From assembly GCA_963760795.1 (NCBI GenBank), contig CAVXEP010000030.1, positions 160,001-224,000 of the forward strand: a stretch of DNA of 64,000 bases, in the 5' to 3' direction. Origin of the DNA: an uncultured delta proteobacterium (GTDB lineage Bacteria; Desulfobacterota; Binatia; UBA9968). Positions 1 through 11,446 of this stretch are shown in pieces. Under the pieces are notes generated by a model. The model saw nothing but the letters and a program-made list of their open reading frames with translations, ran no database searches and was not told where the DNA came from. A program made the position numbers and the translations under genes. Position 1 is the first letter of the stretch; each line of letters opens with the position of its first letter.

Positions 1-256
1 TGAGAACCCCGAGGAGCCAGATGCGTTCCTTACCCAGTGCGCGGATCGCCGTCAGAAAGTGTCGTGCGCTATTCATGCTGCAACATCCGCGCTGTGCGAT
101 TTATCGCAGCAGAGCCAACAGTGCCAATAGGTTCAGGTCTTTACAGGCTGTTGAAAAACCCAACTCCGGGCTGGAGACGCTCAGCCTGAACGAAAAATCC
201 GCAATGATTTCAGCAGTGGTCTAGTTCGTCCTGCGACTCCCGATAAGCCATAGGAT

Positions 257-544
257 CTAACTCGCTTTCCGCTCTTCGGCGATCTTTTCCGCCAAGTAAA
301 CCTTAATGAGCGACTGATAAGGAATATCCTTTTTATTGGCCAGGACCTTGAGTTGATTGAGCATCTCGCGCGGCAATCGAAGCGAAATAGATTTCACCGG
401 AGCTTCGATGCCACGATCAAATTCAATTTCGACCCGGCTCGACTTGGAAAAATCGAAGTAGTCCGTGGTGTCATGGGTGCGCCAAAATTCCCGCTCGTCC
501 TGCTCGTTTCTGAACTTCGGCACCGGTTTAATTTTCTTTTTCAT
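257..544 (-). CDS. BrnA/CopG-family antitoxin
   Basis: 95 aa; 'PKF..E.DEREFW.THD' N-terminus and ribbon-helix-helix 'SISLRLP...LK.LA..K.IPYQSLIK'. Confidence 0.8.
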   Translation of the reverse strand: MKKKIKPVPKFRNEQDEREFWRTHDTTDYFDFSKSSRVEIEFDRGIEAPVKSISLRLPREMLNQLKVLANKKDIPYQSLIKVYLAEKIAEERKAS

Positions 545-617
545 ACACTTGCCTCTCGTTTCTGCTCATCGGGCGCGCGCTGATCACGCGAATCCGGTTC
601 GCAGGACCGGTAAACGT
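528..617 (-). pseudogene. 3' stub of a BrnT toxin
   Basis: 'TFT..NRIRVISARPMSRNERQVYEKEN*' overlapping the brnA-like start. Confidence 0.65.
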
Positions 618-914
618 CGCGCGTGACCAGACGGATCCAGACGTTGGTGTCAACGGCACGACATGCTTCTTCTTCATGTAACGCCGCACGCCTTTGTCGA
701 ACTCTTCGACTATCTTCGAAGATGGTATCTCTTTCGGAAATATCGCGCGATGTATGTCTTCCGACGTGTACCGGCCGGCTTTGCTTACTACCACGGCGTC
801 GCCTTCCTCCTCCCATTCCAGCACCGAGCCCGGCCCGATACCGAGTTTACGTCGCACTTCCACCGGAACGGAAATCTGTCCCTGAGCCGTAACTTTTGAT
901 TGCGCCAATACCAT
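528..914 (-). CDS. AbrB/MazE-type antitoxin; a frameshift reads it through into toxin remnants
   Basis: 'SKVTAQGQISVPVEVRRKLGIGPG' SpoVT/AbrB motif; tail after '..KKKH' is chimeric. Confidence 0.75.
   Translation of the reverse strand: MVLAQSKVTAQGQISVPVEVRRKLGIGPGSVLEWEEEGDAVVVSKAGRYTSEDIHRAIFPKEIPSSKIVEEFDKGVRRYMKKKHVVPLTPTSGSVWSRATFTGPANRIRVISARPMSRNERQVYEKEN
616..664 (-). pseudogene. 5' stub of a VapC/PIN toxin
   Basis: ATG(T)CGT GCC GTT GAC ACC AAC GTC = M R A V D T N V W I R L V T R D, a typical PIN start overlapping the AbrB end; one extra base after the ATG. Confidence 0.6.
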
Positions 915-1056
915 TTCTTTAAATTACCACGGTACTTGATTCACGGCCAATCCATGCGGCCCGTGCGCAATGGCGCGTCTTACTTCGATGGCGTTGGCTC
1001 ATCTGAAAGTTCGACGAGTAACGCGAGATCGTCGCGTTGACTCGAAACTGCCTGGC

Positions 1057-1446
1057 CTAACGTCCTTGGGCTCGCACGCCGGCGCGCCCTGCCACGACGA
1101 AGGCGACAGTCATAAGCAGATGAATCACCAGGAACAGCTTCATTGCCCCGCGTCCGCCGCCACTGAACACCGCCCATATATCCATGGCAGTTACGCCACC
1201 GAAGCCGACGATATTGGCAAGGACAATGGCGTTGCGCGCCGCCGAAGGCTCCACATTCCGAGCCAACCAGTTCAAAACTGCAATTCCAAGACAGGGACCG
1301 CCGAAAATCCGCAGGTAGGCGATCAGTGCGGGGGAGGCATCCGCTGGAACGGCATCGATACCTATCTGCCGCGGGGCAAACATGAACCCGACGCCAAGGA
1401 TGGCCAGATAAATCGCTGAGACTGTTAGCACTAACTTGAGCTTCAT
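1057..1446 (-). CDS. hypothetical membrane protein (about 4 TM)
   Basis: 129 aa hydrophobic ORF with an AGGAGG RBS. Confidence 0.7.
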   Translation of the reverse strand: MKLKLVLTVSAIYLAILGVGFMFAPRQIGIDAVPADASPALIAYLRIFGGPCLGIAVLNWLARNVEPSAARNAIVLANIVGFGGVTAMDIWAVFSGGGRGAMKLFLVIHLLMTVAFVVAGRAGVRAQGR

Positions 1447-1671
1447 GCGCTAGCCTCCTGTCTGAAGATGTTTGGCGCAACCGTACAATTTAATGATGTG
1501 GAACGGTTACTCCGCTTGCTCATATCAGTTTAAAAGAATTATTCGGCTTTACCTAGGCAGGCCGGCAAAAACGCTGCGAAGCGGAAATCGTCTCACGCCT
1601 TCTCCTTCGATCATGCAACGCTTTGGCTGCGCGGCTTGGAGTTTCGCGGCGATCCTTGCTACAAACATGGG

Positions 1672-2961
1672 ATGCCCGTCGCTCCTCTGCTCGAACAACC
1701 GGCGAAAAGAAAGTCTCTCTATTACGGCTGGGTTATCGTCGTCGTCGGCTTTCTCGCCCACATCGCTTCGGCATTTTCGATCTCCAGCACGCTGAGCGTA
1801 TTTCTCAAACCGTTGTCCGCCGACCTCGGCATTTCCCGCGGAATGTTCTCGCTCATCCGTTCCGGCGAGATTCTCATCGGCGCGGCGGCGGCGCCCGTGG
1901 TCGGCACGCTGATGGACCGCTACGGCGGACGCTGGCTGATGGCGGCCGGCGGTTTGATTTCCGGCGCCGGCTTTATCTGCCTCGGTCAAGCGCAGGGTTT
2001 CATCCAGTTCATGCTGGTGCGTTGGCTGCTCATCAGTCCGGGCGATTCGCTCATGGGCTCCATGGTGGTCAACGTTTCGATCTCGCGCTGGTTCGTGCGC
2101 ATGCGCGGCCGCGCCCTGGCCATCGCCGGCATGGGCCATGGCTTGGCCAAAGTCTGCATGCCGGTGGCGGCGGCGACCTTGATGCTTTACGTCGGCTGGC
2201 GCGGCGCCTGGGTGGTCTTCGGCGTTTTCGCCCTGCTGTTGGTGGTCGCGCCGGCCTTGCTGTTCATGCGCCGCTCGCCGGAAGAAATGGGATTGCTGCC
2301 CGACGGCGGACCGGTGGAGGTAAAAGCGCAAGTCGCAACGCCAAAAAAGCCGCGCTACGCCAAGCGCACCGGCGCCGACGATGTCGAGTGGAGCCGGGGC
2401 GAAGCGCTGCGCACGCCGGTCTTCTGGCTCATCGCCAGCACTTTCGGCGTCGCCCAGATCGGCGTCACCGGACTCAATCTCCATGTGTTTTCTTATGTCA
2501 CCGATCAAGGCCATCCGATATTGGTGGCCGCCTCGGTGATGAGCATCATCGCGATCATGCAGTTCAGCACGCCGATCGTCTGGGGCATGCTCGCCGACCG
2601 CATGGATAACGGCATTCTCAATATGGCCAAATGCGCGCTGCAAGGCGCCGGCCTGTTGGTGGCGCTGCTACTGCCCGGAATGCTGCCGCTCTATGCCGGC
2701 TTTTTTATCTACGGCATCGGCATGGGCGGCACGGCGGTGCTGGCGGAAACCATTTGGGCCGACTTTTTCGGCCGCGCCTCGCTGGGAAAAATTCGCGGCA
2801 TGGGCTCACTGGTGACCAGCATCTTCTCCGCCTGCGGTCCGCCGTTCTTCGGCCTGCTCTTCGACTACACCCGGAGCTACCACCTGTCCTTCAGCATCTT
2901 TATCGCCATGCTGTTCACCGCCGCCGTGCTCAGTTTGTGCCTGCGGCCGCCGACAAAATGA
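1672..2961 (+). CDS. MFS transporter (OFA-like)
   Basis: 'YYGWVIV', 'G.LMDRYGGR' motif A, 'WF.RMRGRA'; about 12 TM; start moved to the ATG at 1672. Confidence 0.9.
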   Translation: MPVAPLLEQPAKRKSLYYGWVIVVVGFLAHIASAFSISSTLSVFLKPLSADLGISRGMFSLIRSGEILIGAAAAPVVGTLMDRYGGRWLMAAGGLISGAGFICLGQAQGFIQFMLVRWLLISPGDSLMGSMVVNVSISRWFVRMRGRALAIAGMGHGLAKVCMPVAAATLMLYVGWRGAWVVFGVFALLLVVAPALLFMRRSPEEMGLLPDGGPVEVKAQVATPKKPRYAKRTGADDVEWSRGEALRTPVFWLIASTFGVAQIGVTGLNLHVFSYVTDQGHPILVAASVMSIIAIMQFSTPIVWGMLADRMDNGILNMAKCALQGAGLLVALLLPGMLPLYAGFFIYGIGMGGTAVLAETIWADFFGRASLGKIRGMGSLVTSIFSACGPPFFGLLFDYTRSYHLSFSIFIAMLFTAAVLSLCLRPPTK

Positions 2962-3462
2962 CCTGACCTGGGTGCGCAAGTGAAAGCACCGGAAATCCGG
3001 CCGACATCGTCACGCGTTGGCGACATCGGGCGCGATGGTTTCGCGGATCAGAATTGAGTCAATCCGCAAAAGAGTCCGGGCCGCATGGGACCAGCTCGTG
3101 TAATCACACATTTGTCGCCACGCAAGACGCGACCCTATTAATTTATATGCTTTCGGCCAAGAGCTGACATAACTACGACAAACCTACGCCTGCGGCATTA
3201 GGGTCAAATCTTTATTCTTGATTCTGGTGGGGATGGAAGACAGCTTGCACCATAGGTAAAGATTTGAACCTGTTAGCTGCTATGAGCTGAATCTGTGCGG
3301 ATTTCTGATAGAAGCAACTCGCAGCCATTGCTCGTCGTCTTCGTTCCATCGTGATCGTGTTCGTGAGCTGCGTTTGTCGATGTGAATTCGCAATACGGTT
3401 GCGTCGCTACTTTTGCGATTTTTACCGAAGGCGTAAGCCTTATGCGAACTGGAGCCGATAGG

Positions 3463-4299
3463 CTAGTCGGGCCAGCGCGGGGTCGTCAGCTCGATCCGCC
3501 AGATCGGCCCCGTCGGGTATAGCGGACCCTCAAACCTGACGAACGCCGGCACTCCTTCAGTTATGATCCACGCGTGATTGTCAGGCGGCATGCGCCCGAG
3601 CAGCGTAGCGAAGAGCTTGACCCACATCCCGAGAATCGGCTTGAACACGAAGTGGGTTGCGCTTTTCGCCAAGTCGCCGATCATCACTTTCTTATCGCCC
3701 GCCGGTGTAAGCTCCAGCTGGATGAGCCGGGGCGCGGGTGTGAAGGCGACGAAGTGGACGGTCTCGCTGGCTCCTTTGGCAAGGTTCTTCGCCGCGGTAA
3801 GGACCATGCCATTATAAACGTCTGGGGGCAGATCGAGCTTGCCGTCGAGCACTTCCTCTCGGCCGTCTTTGCGGGACTTGGTTTTTACGCGGTACTTGCC
3901 GGAGACTCGATCCAGCGAGATTTCCGTGTCCTCGGTGAATGCTGGGCCGCGCTGCAGCAGCCGATAGCTCTGCATGGTAAAGACTCGTTCCTGGGTGAAC
4001 ACCACGGTCTCGTCGAATACCGACCCGTCCTTGAAGTGGAACAGCATGCGACTCTCAACCTCTCCGCCCCGGCGCGTCTGGAGGAGATCGCCCGACGCAA
4101 TGACGGCGCCGTCGACCGTACGCAGCACAATGAAACCGTGCACCGAGCCCTCGACGAATCGCACTCCGACCGGGGCCGCCGCGGCCGGACGCGGCGGCAA
4201 CACCGCCGCCACGAGAGCCAGCAAGCAGAGCACCGCCCTCATGAACGACATGACGGTGGAATCGGAAATATGTGCCCTTGTGTCCAATGTAGTAGGCAA
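3463..4299 (-). CDS. hypothetical exported protein
   Basis: 278 aa ORF with a signal-peptide-like 'LCLLALVAAVLPPRPAAA'; true start probably internal. Confidence 0.7.
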   Translation of the reverse strand: MPTTLDTRAHISDSTVMSFMRAVLCLLALVAAVLPPRPAAAAPVGVRFVEGSVHGFIVLRTVDGAVIASGDLLQTRRGGEVESRMLFHFKDGSVFDETVVFTQERVFTMQSYRLLQRGPAFTEDTEISLDRVSGKYRVKTKSRKDGREEVLDGKLDLPPDVYNGMVLTAAKNLAKGASETVHFVAFTPAPRLIQLELTPAGDKKVMIGDLAKSATHFVFKPILGMWVKLFATLLGRMPPDNHAWIITEGVPAFVRFEGPLYPTGPIWRIELTTPRWPD

Positions 4300-4520
4300 A
4301 ATTAAACTGCTTGCAACGAACCGTATAGCCGGGGTTTACCCGTCATAGGGGCGGCACTTACACTGCACGCTTGCATCCGCGCGCTCGAATCATTCTCACT
4401 AGTTCGTTAATAGTCGAGTCGTCGGCATGACGACAGCGCAGATAATAGCACAGACAACATGGTCAGGTCTTGCATTGATACATTTTGCGCGTCTTCGTTT
4501 CGATGACTCGACGACTGAGC

Positions 4521-4622
4521 TTATTGGAGCAGATCTTTAAATCTCCTCATGCTGAAACTAGTGATATCGATCCGGCTTTTGCCGTCGATCACTTGCTCCG
4601 CAAGCGCCTCGCCAATCGCCGT
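4521..4622 (-). pseudogene. 3' stub of an FAD-dependent oxidoreductase (DAO/sarcosine oxidase-like)
   Basis: Hand translation 'TAIGEALAEQVIDGKSRIDITSFSMRRFKDLLQ*'; no upstream ORF. Confidence 0.5.
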
Positions 4623-4649
4623 CCGCTAAAATCGATTGATTCATATATA

Positions 4650-6488
4650 GGTTCTGCTGAAAAACCCCCTCAAGTTTTTTGTTTGTTCAGTTAAATCTAC
4701 GTTGACAAGCGACGATATCGCCTTCATCGTTTTCTCATGAGCGTAAGAGCCGTCGCTGCACAGAGAAGCTTTTATCATACCGACTATCTTGCTGGAGATC
4801 TTTTCGGTCCAGCCAATCGCTACCGGTTGTTTCGGGAAAAGATCTGGCCCAAGCTTTTAGAGCTTTCCCCGAAACTTGAAGCGTTGTATTGCGCCGAGAA
4901 CGGCCGGCCGGGGATCGATCCGGTGCTACTTTGCGGAGTGACGCTGCTCCAGTTCATGGAGAAAGCAGCAGATCGCTCGGCCACCGAGCGCGTGGTGTAT
5001 CATCTGGGTTGGAAGTACGCCTTAGATCTGGAACTGGATTACGCCGGGTTTCATGCCACGGTGTTAGTTTATTTTCGCGACCGGTTGGAAGACAACAAAG
5101 TCGAGCGGATGATCTTTGACGGGATAGTTAAGTTGCTGGTGGAGCTGGGATTGGTGAAGAGAAAGGGCAAGCAGCGGCTCGATAGCACGCATATCGTGGG
5201 GTACGTCAAGGCGATGAGCTTGTTGGAGTGCGCGATAGAGACGCTGCGCTTGGCGTTGGAGGATTTGAAAGTAAAAGTGGGGAGGAAAAAGCAGCCAGAA
5301 TTTTGGGACAGGTTGTGGGAACTGTATGTAGAGAGCAAACTGGATTGGCGGCTAAACAAGACCGAGCGCGACCGCCGCTATCGGCAGTGTGGGCAAGACA
5401 TGAGAGAGCTGCTGGAGTGGCTAGACGGAAACGATCCTAAGCTCGCTGGACGTGAAGCAGTGAAACTATTGCGGCGAGTCTTTGGCGAGCAGTTTGAGAT
5501 GGTCGACGGAAAGCTTGAGCTCGCCCCCAAGCGACCGCCTCGCGCGGTGCAGAACCCCCATGATTCCGATGCGCATTATGCCGATAAGAGGAGCAAGCAA
5601 TGGATCGGCTACAAGGTGCATGTAACCGAGACTGTCGATCCTCAACAACCGATCAAGAAAAAGGGCGAGCCCACCGACCATTTCATCACCGAGATGCTGA
5701 CCGTCGAAGCGGCCCAGGACGAGAAGGCTGGCTTGACCGAGACGCTCACAAGAGAACAAGCGCACCATGAGATCGAACCCCGGGCGATCTACACCGATGC
5801 AGGTTATGTGACCGAGCACACCTTAACGCAGGCGGAACAAAACGGCATGGAGTTATTAGGACCGACGCGTCCCGATCCTCACAAGGGACCCTACAATAGC
5901 GATGCGTTCCATGTCGATATCAACGAGCGCCAGGCGGTTTGTCCTCAGGGCAAGCTCAGCACGCAGTGCAGCCGCATCAAAGATAACTATATGGGAACCG
6001 AGTACTATCGCATCGAGTGGGGCAATCAATGCAATAGCTGTCCGGTACAAAAGCAATGTACGCGGTCCAAGAGTGGACGGAGAACTTTGGTCGTTGGACT
6101 GCGCCATGATCTGGTCGAGCAGCGGCGCAGAGAAATGAAACAGAAAGGTTTCTCCAAATCCATGCATCCGAGAAACGGGATTGAGGGAACCCACAGCGAG
6201 TTGGTGCGTGGGCACGCGATGAGACGGACGAAATATCGGGGCTTAAGCCGGGTCGGTTTATCGAATTACTTCATAGGTGCAGCTTGCAACGTAAAACGAT
6301 ATCTAAATCTACTCGCGTTTCAGATGAGAACGCCGCCTCTGAGCCCCGCTTAAGGGCGGAGCGCAGCTCATTTTCCTGGCTATGGCTTCGTTGAGGGTGA
6401 AACTTTCTCTGGCGTAACATTATTTGGCGATGACCACTGTTTACTAGCGGCGGTCGCGAATCAAATTCAGGGGTTTTTCAGCAGAACC
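4650..6488 (+). mobile_element. IS1182-family insertion sequence, complete
   Basis: 19-bp perfect terminal inverted repeats GGTTCTGCTGAAAAACCCC (4650-4668 / 6470-6488) flanked on both sides by TATATA. Confidence 0.9.
4737..6353 (+). CDS. IS1182-family transposase
   Basis: 'GRPGIDP', 'QRLDSTHI', 'GYKVH', 'DAGY', CPQG..C..C..C, 'RNGIEGT.SE..R.H.MRR.KYRG'. Confidence 0.9.
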   Translation: MSVRAVAAQRSFYHTDYLAGDLFGPANRYRLFREKIWPKLLELSPKLEALYCAENGRPGIDPVLLCGVTLLQFMEKAADRSATERVVYHLGWKYALDLELDYAGFHATVLVYFRDRLEDNKVERMIFDGIVKLLVELGLVKRKGKQRLDSTHIVGYVKAMSLLECAIETLRLALEDLKVKVGRKKQPEFWDRLWELYVESKLDWRLNKTERDRRYRQCGQDMRELLEWLDGNDPKLAGREAVKLLRRVFGEQFEMVDGKLELAPKRPPRAVQNPHDSDAHYADKRSKQWIGYKVHVTETVDPQQPIKKKGEPTDHFITEMLTVEAAQDEKAGLTETLTREQAHHEIEPRAIYTDAGYVTEHTLTQAEQNGMELLGPTRPDPHKGPYNSDAFHVDINERQAVCPQGKLSTQCSRIKDNYMGTEYYRIEWGNQCNSCPVQKQCTRSKSGRRTLVVGLRHDLVEQRRREMKQKGFSKSMHPRNGIEGTHSELVRGHAMRRTKYRGLSRVGLSNYFIGAACNVKRYLNLLAFQMRTPPLSPA

Positions 6489-6552
6489 TATATACAAGCC
6501 TGACCTTTATGTTTGGGCTCATGAGTTCGGTCACACTACGTTTTCAACGTTA

Positions 6553-6594
6553 GCAGCGAGAAGGCGATGAGATCGCTGGAGTGTTCGCGCTCAT
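6553..6594 (-). pseudogene. 5' stub of a divergent LysR-type regulator
   Basis: Frameshifted '[10 protein letters not shown](L)A', resembling 'REN.NDLIAFLAVA' LysR starts typically divergent from cupin/AKR operons. Confidence 0.35.
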
Positions 6595-6709
6595 ATATCC
6601 ATGCGAAATCTACCTACTATTCGCAGGCCGCAACTGCTACATTTTCCTTATAGGAATAAAGAGACGAGCGACTGCTTTGATTAAACGAGTCCAACAAAGG
6701 AATACGGAA

Positions 6710-8331
<1,622 letters not shown>

Positions 8332-8478
8332 CCAGTGGTTTGGGAGAGTAGTGCAGGGAAAAAGGGACGGGGAGTTTTTTCTTTCGTATAAGGCGACAGC
8401 TCGCAAATTCCAAACCCTGAGATCGGAAACGGACGGTCCTTTTTAGGATACGGGCATTTCTTATAGGAACATAAACCC

Positions 8479-9537
8479 ATGTACAACACGAAAGCTTATT
8501 CCGCTGCCAGTGCGACATCGCCGCTGGCATTGACCACAATCGGGCGGCGCGATCCGAACGAACATGATGTGCAGATCGAAATCCTTTTCTGCGGCATCTG
8601 CCACTCCGACATCCACCAGGTCCGTAATGAGTGGAGCAGCGTGATGCCCACTGTCTACCCGATTGTCCCCGGCCATGAGATCGTCGGCCGTGTCACCAAG
8701 GTCGGCGCAGCGGTTACCAAGTTCAAATCGGGCGACCGCGCCGCGGTCGGCTGCCTTGTGGACTCGGACGGGACTTGCCCGCAGTGCAAAGCTGACCTTG
8801 AGCAGTTCTGTCCGAACCAGACGCTCACCTTCAACGCCCCGGACAAGCACCTCGGAGGCGTCACCTACGGCGGCTACTCCGAAGGCATCGTCGTCGATGA
8901 ACGCTTCGTGCTGCGCGTCCCCTCCAACCTCGATCCCGCCGGAGCCGCGCCGCTCCTCTGCGCCGGCATCACGACATACTCGCCCATGAGGCACTGGGGT
9001 GTCACCAAGGGCACGAAAGTCGGTGTCGTCGGTCTCGGCGGCCTGGGCCACATGGGCGTGAAACTTGCTCATGCCTTCGGAGCTCATGTCGCTGTCTTCA
9101 CGACTTCGCCTGGCAAGCAGGAAGACGCGCTCCGACTCGGTGCCAATGAGGTCATCGTCTCCCGCAACACCGACGAAATGCAGAAGCACGCCGGCAGTTT
9201 TGATTTCATTCTCGACACCGTCTCGGCCGAGCACGACATCAACGCCTACATCCACCTGCTGCGCCTCGACGGCAACATCACGCTAGTCGGCGCTCCAGAA
9301 AAGCCGCTGGGCGTCTCCTCCTTCGCGCTGATCATGGGGCGCCGCAGTCTCTCCGGCTCGAACATCGGCGGCCTCGCCGAAACCCAGGAGATGCTCGACT
9401 TTTGCGGGGAGCATAACATCACCGCCGATGTCGAAGTCATCCCCATCCAGAAGGTCAACGAAGCCTACGAGAGACTGCTCAAGTCCGATGTGAAGTACCG
9501 CTTCTCCATCGATATGGCTTCGCTCAGGTCCGAGTGA
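8479..9537 (+). CDS. Zn-dependent NAD(P) alcohol dehydrogenase (YahK/AdhC-like)
   Basis: 'CGICHSD', 'GHEIVG', 'GLGGLGHMG', 'DVKYRFSID'. Confidence 0.93.
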   Translation: MYNTKAYSAASATSPLALTTIGRRDPNEHDVQIEILFCGICHSDIHQVRNEWSSVMPTVYPIVPGHEIVGRVTKVGAAVTKFKSGDRAAVGCLVDSDGTCPQCKADLEQFCPNQTLTFNAPDKHLGGVTYGGYSEGIVVDERFVLRVPSNLDPAGAAPLLCAGITTYSPMRHWGVTKGTKVGVVGLGGLGHMGVKLAHAFGAHVAVFTTSPGKQEDALRLGANEVIVSRNTDEMQKHAGSFDFILDTVSAEHDINAYIHLLRLDGNITLVGAPEKPLGVSSFALIMGRRSLSGSNIGGLAETQEMLDFCGEHNITADVEVIPIQKVNEAYERLLKSDVKYRFSIDMASLRSE

Positions 9538-9743
9538 CCCGCGCGACGCGTGAAAGGACAACCAAGTCAGAAGCGAAAAACTTGGACTCGTCCGAGGATC
9601 TGCGTGAGACAATAGCGCGGCGGCAAAGATCACGATTGCAGGGGCGCGGTACCCCCGAGGCCCTGGAGAAGAGGACCGGTCTCTGAGCGGCGCATGCGCC
9701 CGACGCACCCATCACAACTTGCATCAGGTAAGTAGCCGCGGCG

Positions 9744-9850
9744 ATGACGACGTGGACGAGCGACGAGCTCAATAAGATTGGAACTGCAGATCGCGTCACT
9801 CTCCAGCGATGGCATGCCGCGCAACCGGGTGACAATCTGGGTGGTGCGTC
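9744..9850 (+). pseudogene. DUF2255-family 5' stub, frameshifted
   Basis: 'MTTWTSDELNKIGTA' continues in another frame as 'ELQIASL..DG..RNRVTIWVVR', then is truncated. Confidence 0.6.
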
Positions 9851-10009
9851 AGGTTTCATCTACTGCGCAATGTGCACGATGCCGTGCTTTGATTCCCAGC
9901 TCGCCTTTTTCGATCTTGTCGACCTGGACTTGTAACGACCTCGCGCCCTGCACTAGACTCTGAGCATCGGTTAGCTTTATCCGTCACGTTCCCCGCTGTT
10001 TGCCGCACT

Positions 10010-11113
10010 ATGATCACCGTTCATGCCGACGTGGTTGGGAGCCTGCTCAGACCGCCGGAACTGATCGAGGCACGCAACCGGTTAGCGGCTGGCGAGATCG
10101 ATGCTTCACGCTTCAAGGAAATTGAGGATCGTGCTGTTTGTGACGCGATCGCGATACAAGAGGCGGCGGGGCTCGCAGTCGTCACCGACGGCGAAATGCG
10201 CCGGCAGTCTTTTCAGAGCCAAATGACCGCGGCAGTCGAGGGCTTCGGTGACTTCAGCATGGACGCTTTTCTTTGGGGCGAGTGGCACAATGCCCAAGGA
10301 ACAGTCCGCAAAGCGCGCCCGCCAAACCTTGGGGCAACTGGCAAACTCGTGCGAAAGCGCTGGTTATCCGCTGATGAGTTTACCTATCTGAAGAACAAAA
10401 CCAGCCGCGTTGCTAAAATCACCCTGCCGAGCCCAAGCCTTTGGGCCAACTTCTGGTCTCGCGAATACTCCCGTGCCGCGTACCCGACTCTGGATAGTTT
10501 CCTCGCAGACATCGTTCAGCTCTTGCGCGAAGAGGTTCAAGAGCTGGTGCGCTTGGGCGCTCCTTACATCCAGATCGATGCGCCCCACTACGGCCTGATG
10601 CTCGACGCTACGACACGGCGTTTCTACGAAGAGCAAGGGTGGAGTCTGGACCAATGGTTGACGCGCGGCATCGAGCTGGACAATGCGATCATCGCTGGAT
10701 TTCCAGGCGTCACTTTCGCGCTCCATCTCTGACGCGGCAATCAGGGCGGCCGGTGGCTCGCCGAGGGAGGTTACGAATCTATCAGTCGTGGGCTCTTCCA
10801 GCGGCTCAAGGCACAGCGACTCTTGCTCGAGTACGACGATGATCGCTCGGGCACGTTCGCGGCGCTCAAGGACATCCCCGAAGACAAATTCATTGTGCTC
10901 GGCTTGATAACCACTAAAACCGGCCAGCTTGAGCGCATGGATGAATTACGCCAGCGCGTCACGACCGCGAGCAAGTATTTTCCCCTTGCCCAGCTCGGCG
11001 TCAGCACGCAGTGTGGTTTTGCTTCGTCTGTTCTCGGTAACCCGGTCTCGTCTGACGAGCAGAAGCAAAAGCTCGAACTCGTCGTCCGGACTGCGCGTGA
11101 GGTTTGGGGATAA
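10010..11113 (+). CDS. cobalamin-independent methionine synthase II (MetE C-terminal-like) family protein; probable selenoprotein (UGA at 10730-10732)
   Basis: 'ADVVGSLLRP', 'VTDGEMRR', 'YIQIDAP', 'HL[UGA]RGN', 'LLEYD..RSG', 'LGLITTK', 'STQCGFAS' all in one frame. Confidence 0.85.
10745..10762 (+). promoter_or_regulatory. SECIS-like hairpin
   Basis: GGCGGCC-GGT-GGC(T)CGCC; G-first apical loop 19 nt after the UGA. Confidence 0.6.
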
Positions 11114-11446
11114 GGGACCGTCTTTATTACGCGCGGTCGAGATTGACGTCGGGCCCTCAGGTTTTGACGCTTTGATTGTTTGCTTATTGGCAACCATCCA
11201 GACCCCGGTTCACCAGTTCGGCGTCGTCGGATCGCTATTTTTGATATTCCATGTTTTCGCCCGTCCAACATTCCTCAAAATAATCAGAAACTGAGCCGCT
11301 TCCCGAACCCTGTACGTTCGCGCGCAAATTTTGCCTGAGTATTTTTCGTTGCAGTCACGACGCCTGCTCGGTTATGTTCCCATGCTTGGCAGATTCAGCG
11401 GTGGAGTTGAATTCCTCTTTACATCCTTTGTTTGAAGGAGAATCAC

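Noticed and set aside
144-240. IS end or MITE starting CAGGCTGTTGAAAAAC
   Set aside because: Resembles an IS1182/IS5-type terminus, but no convincing partner repeat or transposase in the window.
1549-2643. Long antisense or alternate-frame ORFs (also 19621-20739, 23485-24309, 63288-63995)
   Set aside because: Shadows of GC-rich genes on the other strand; no recognisable motifs.
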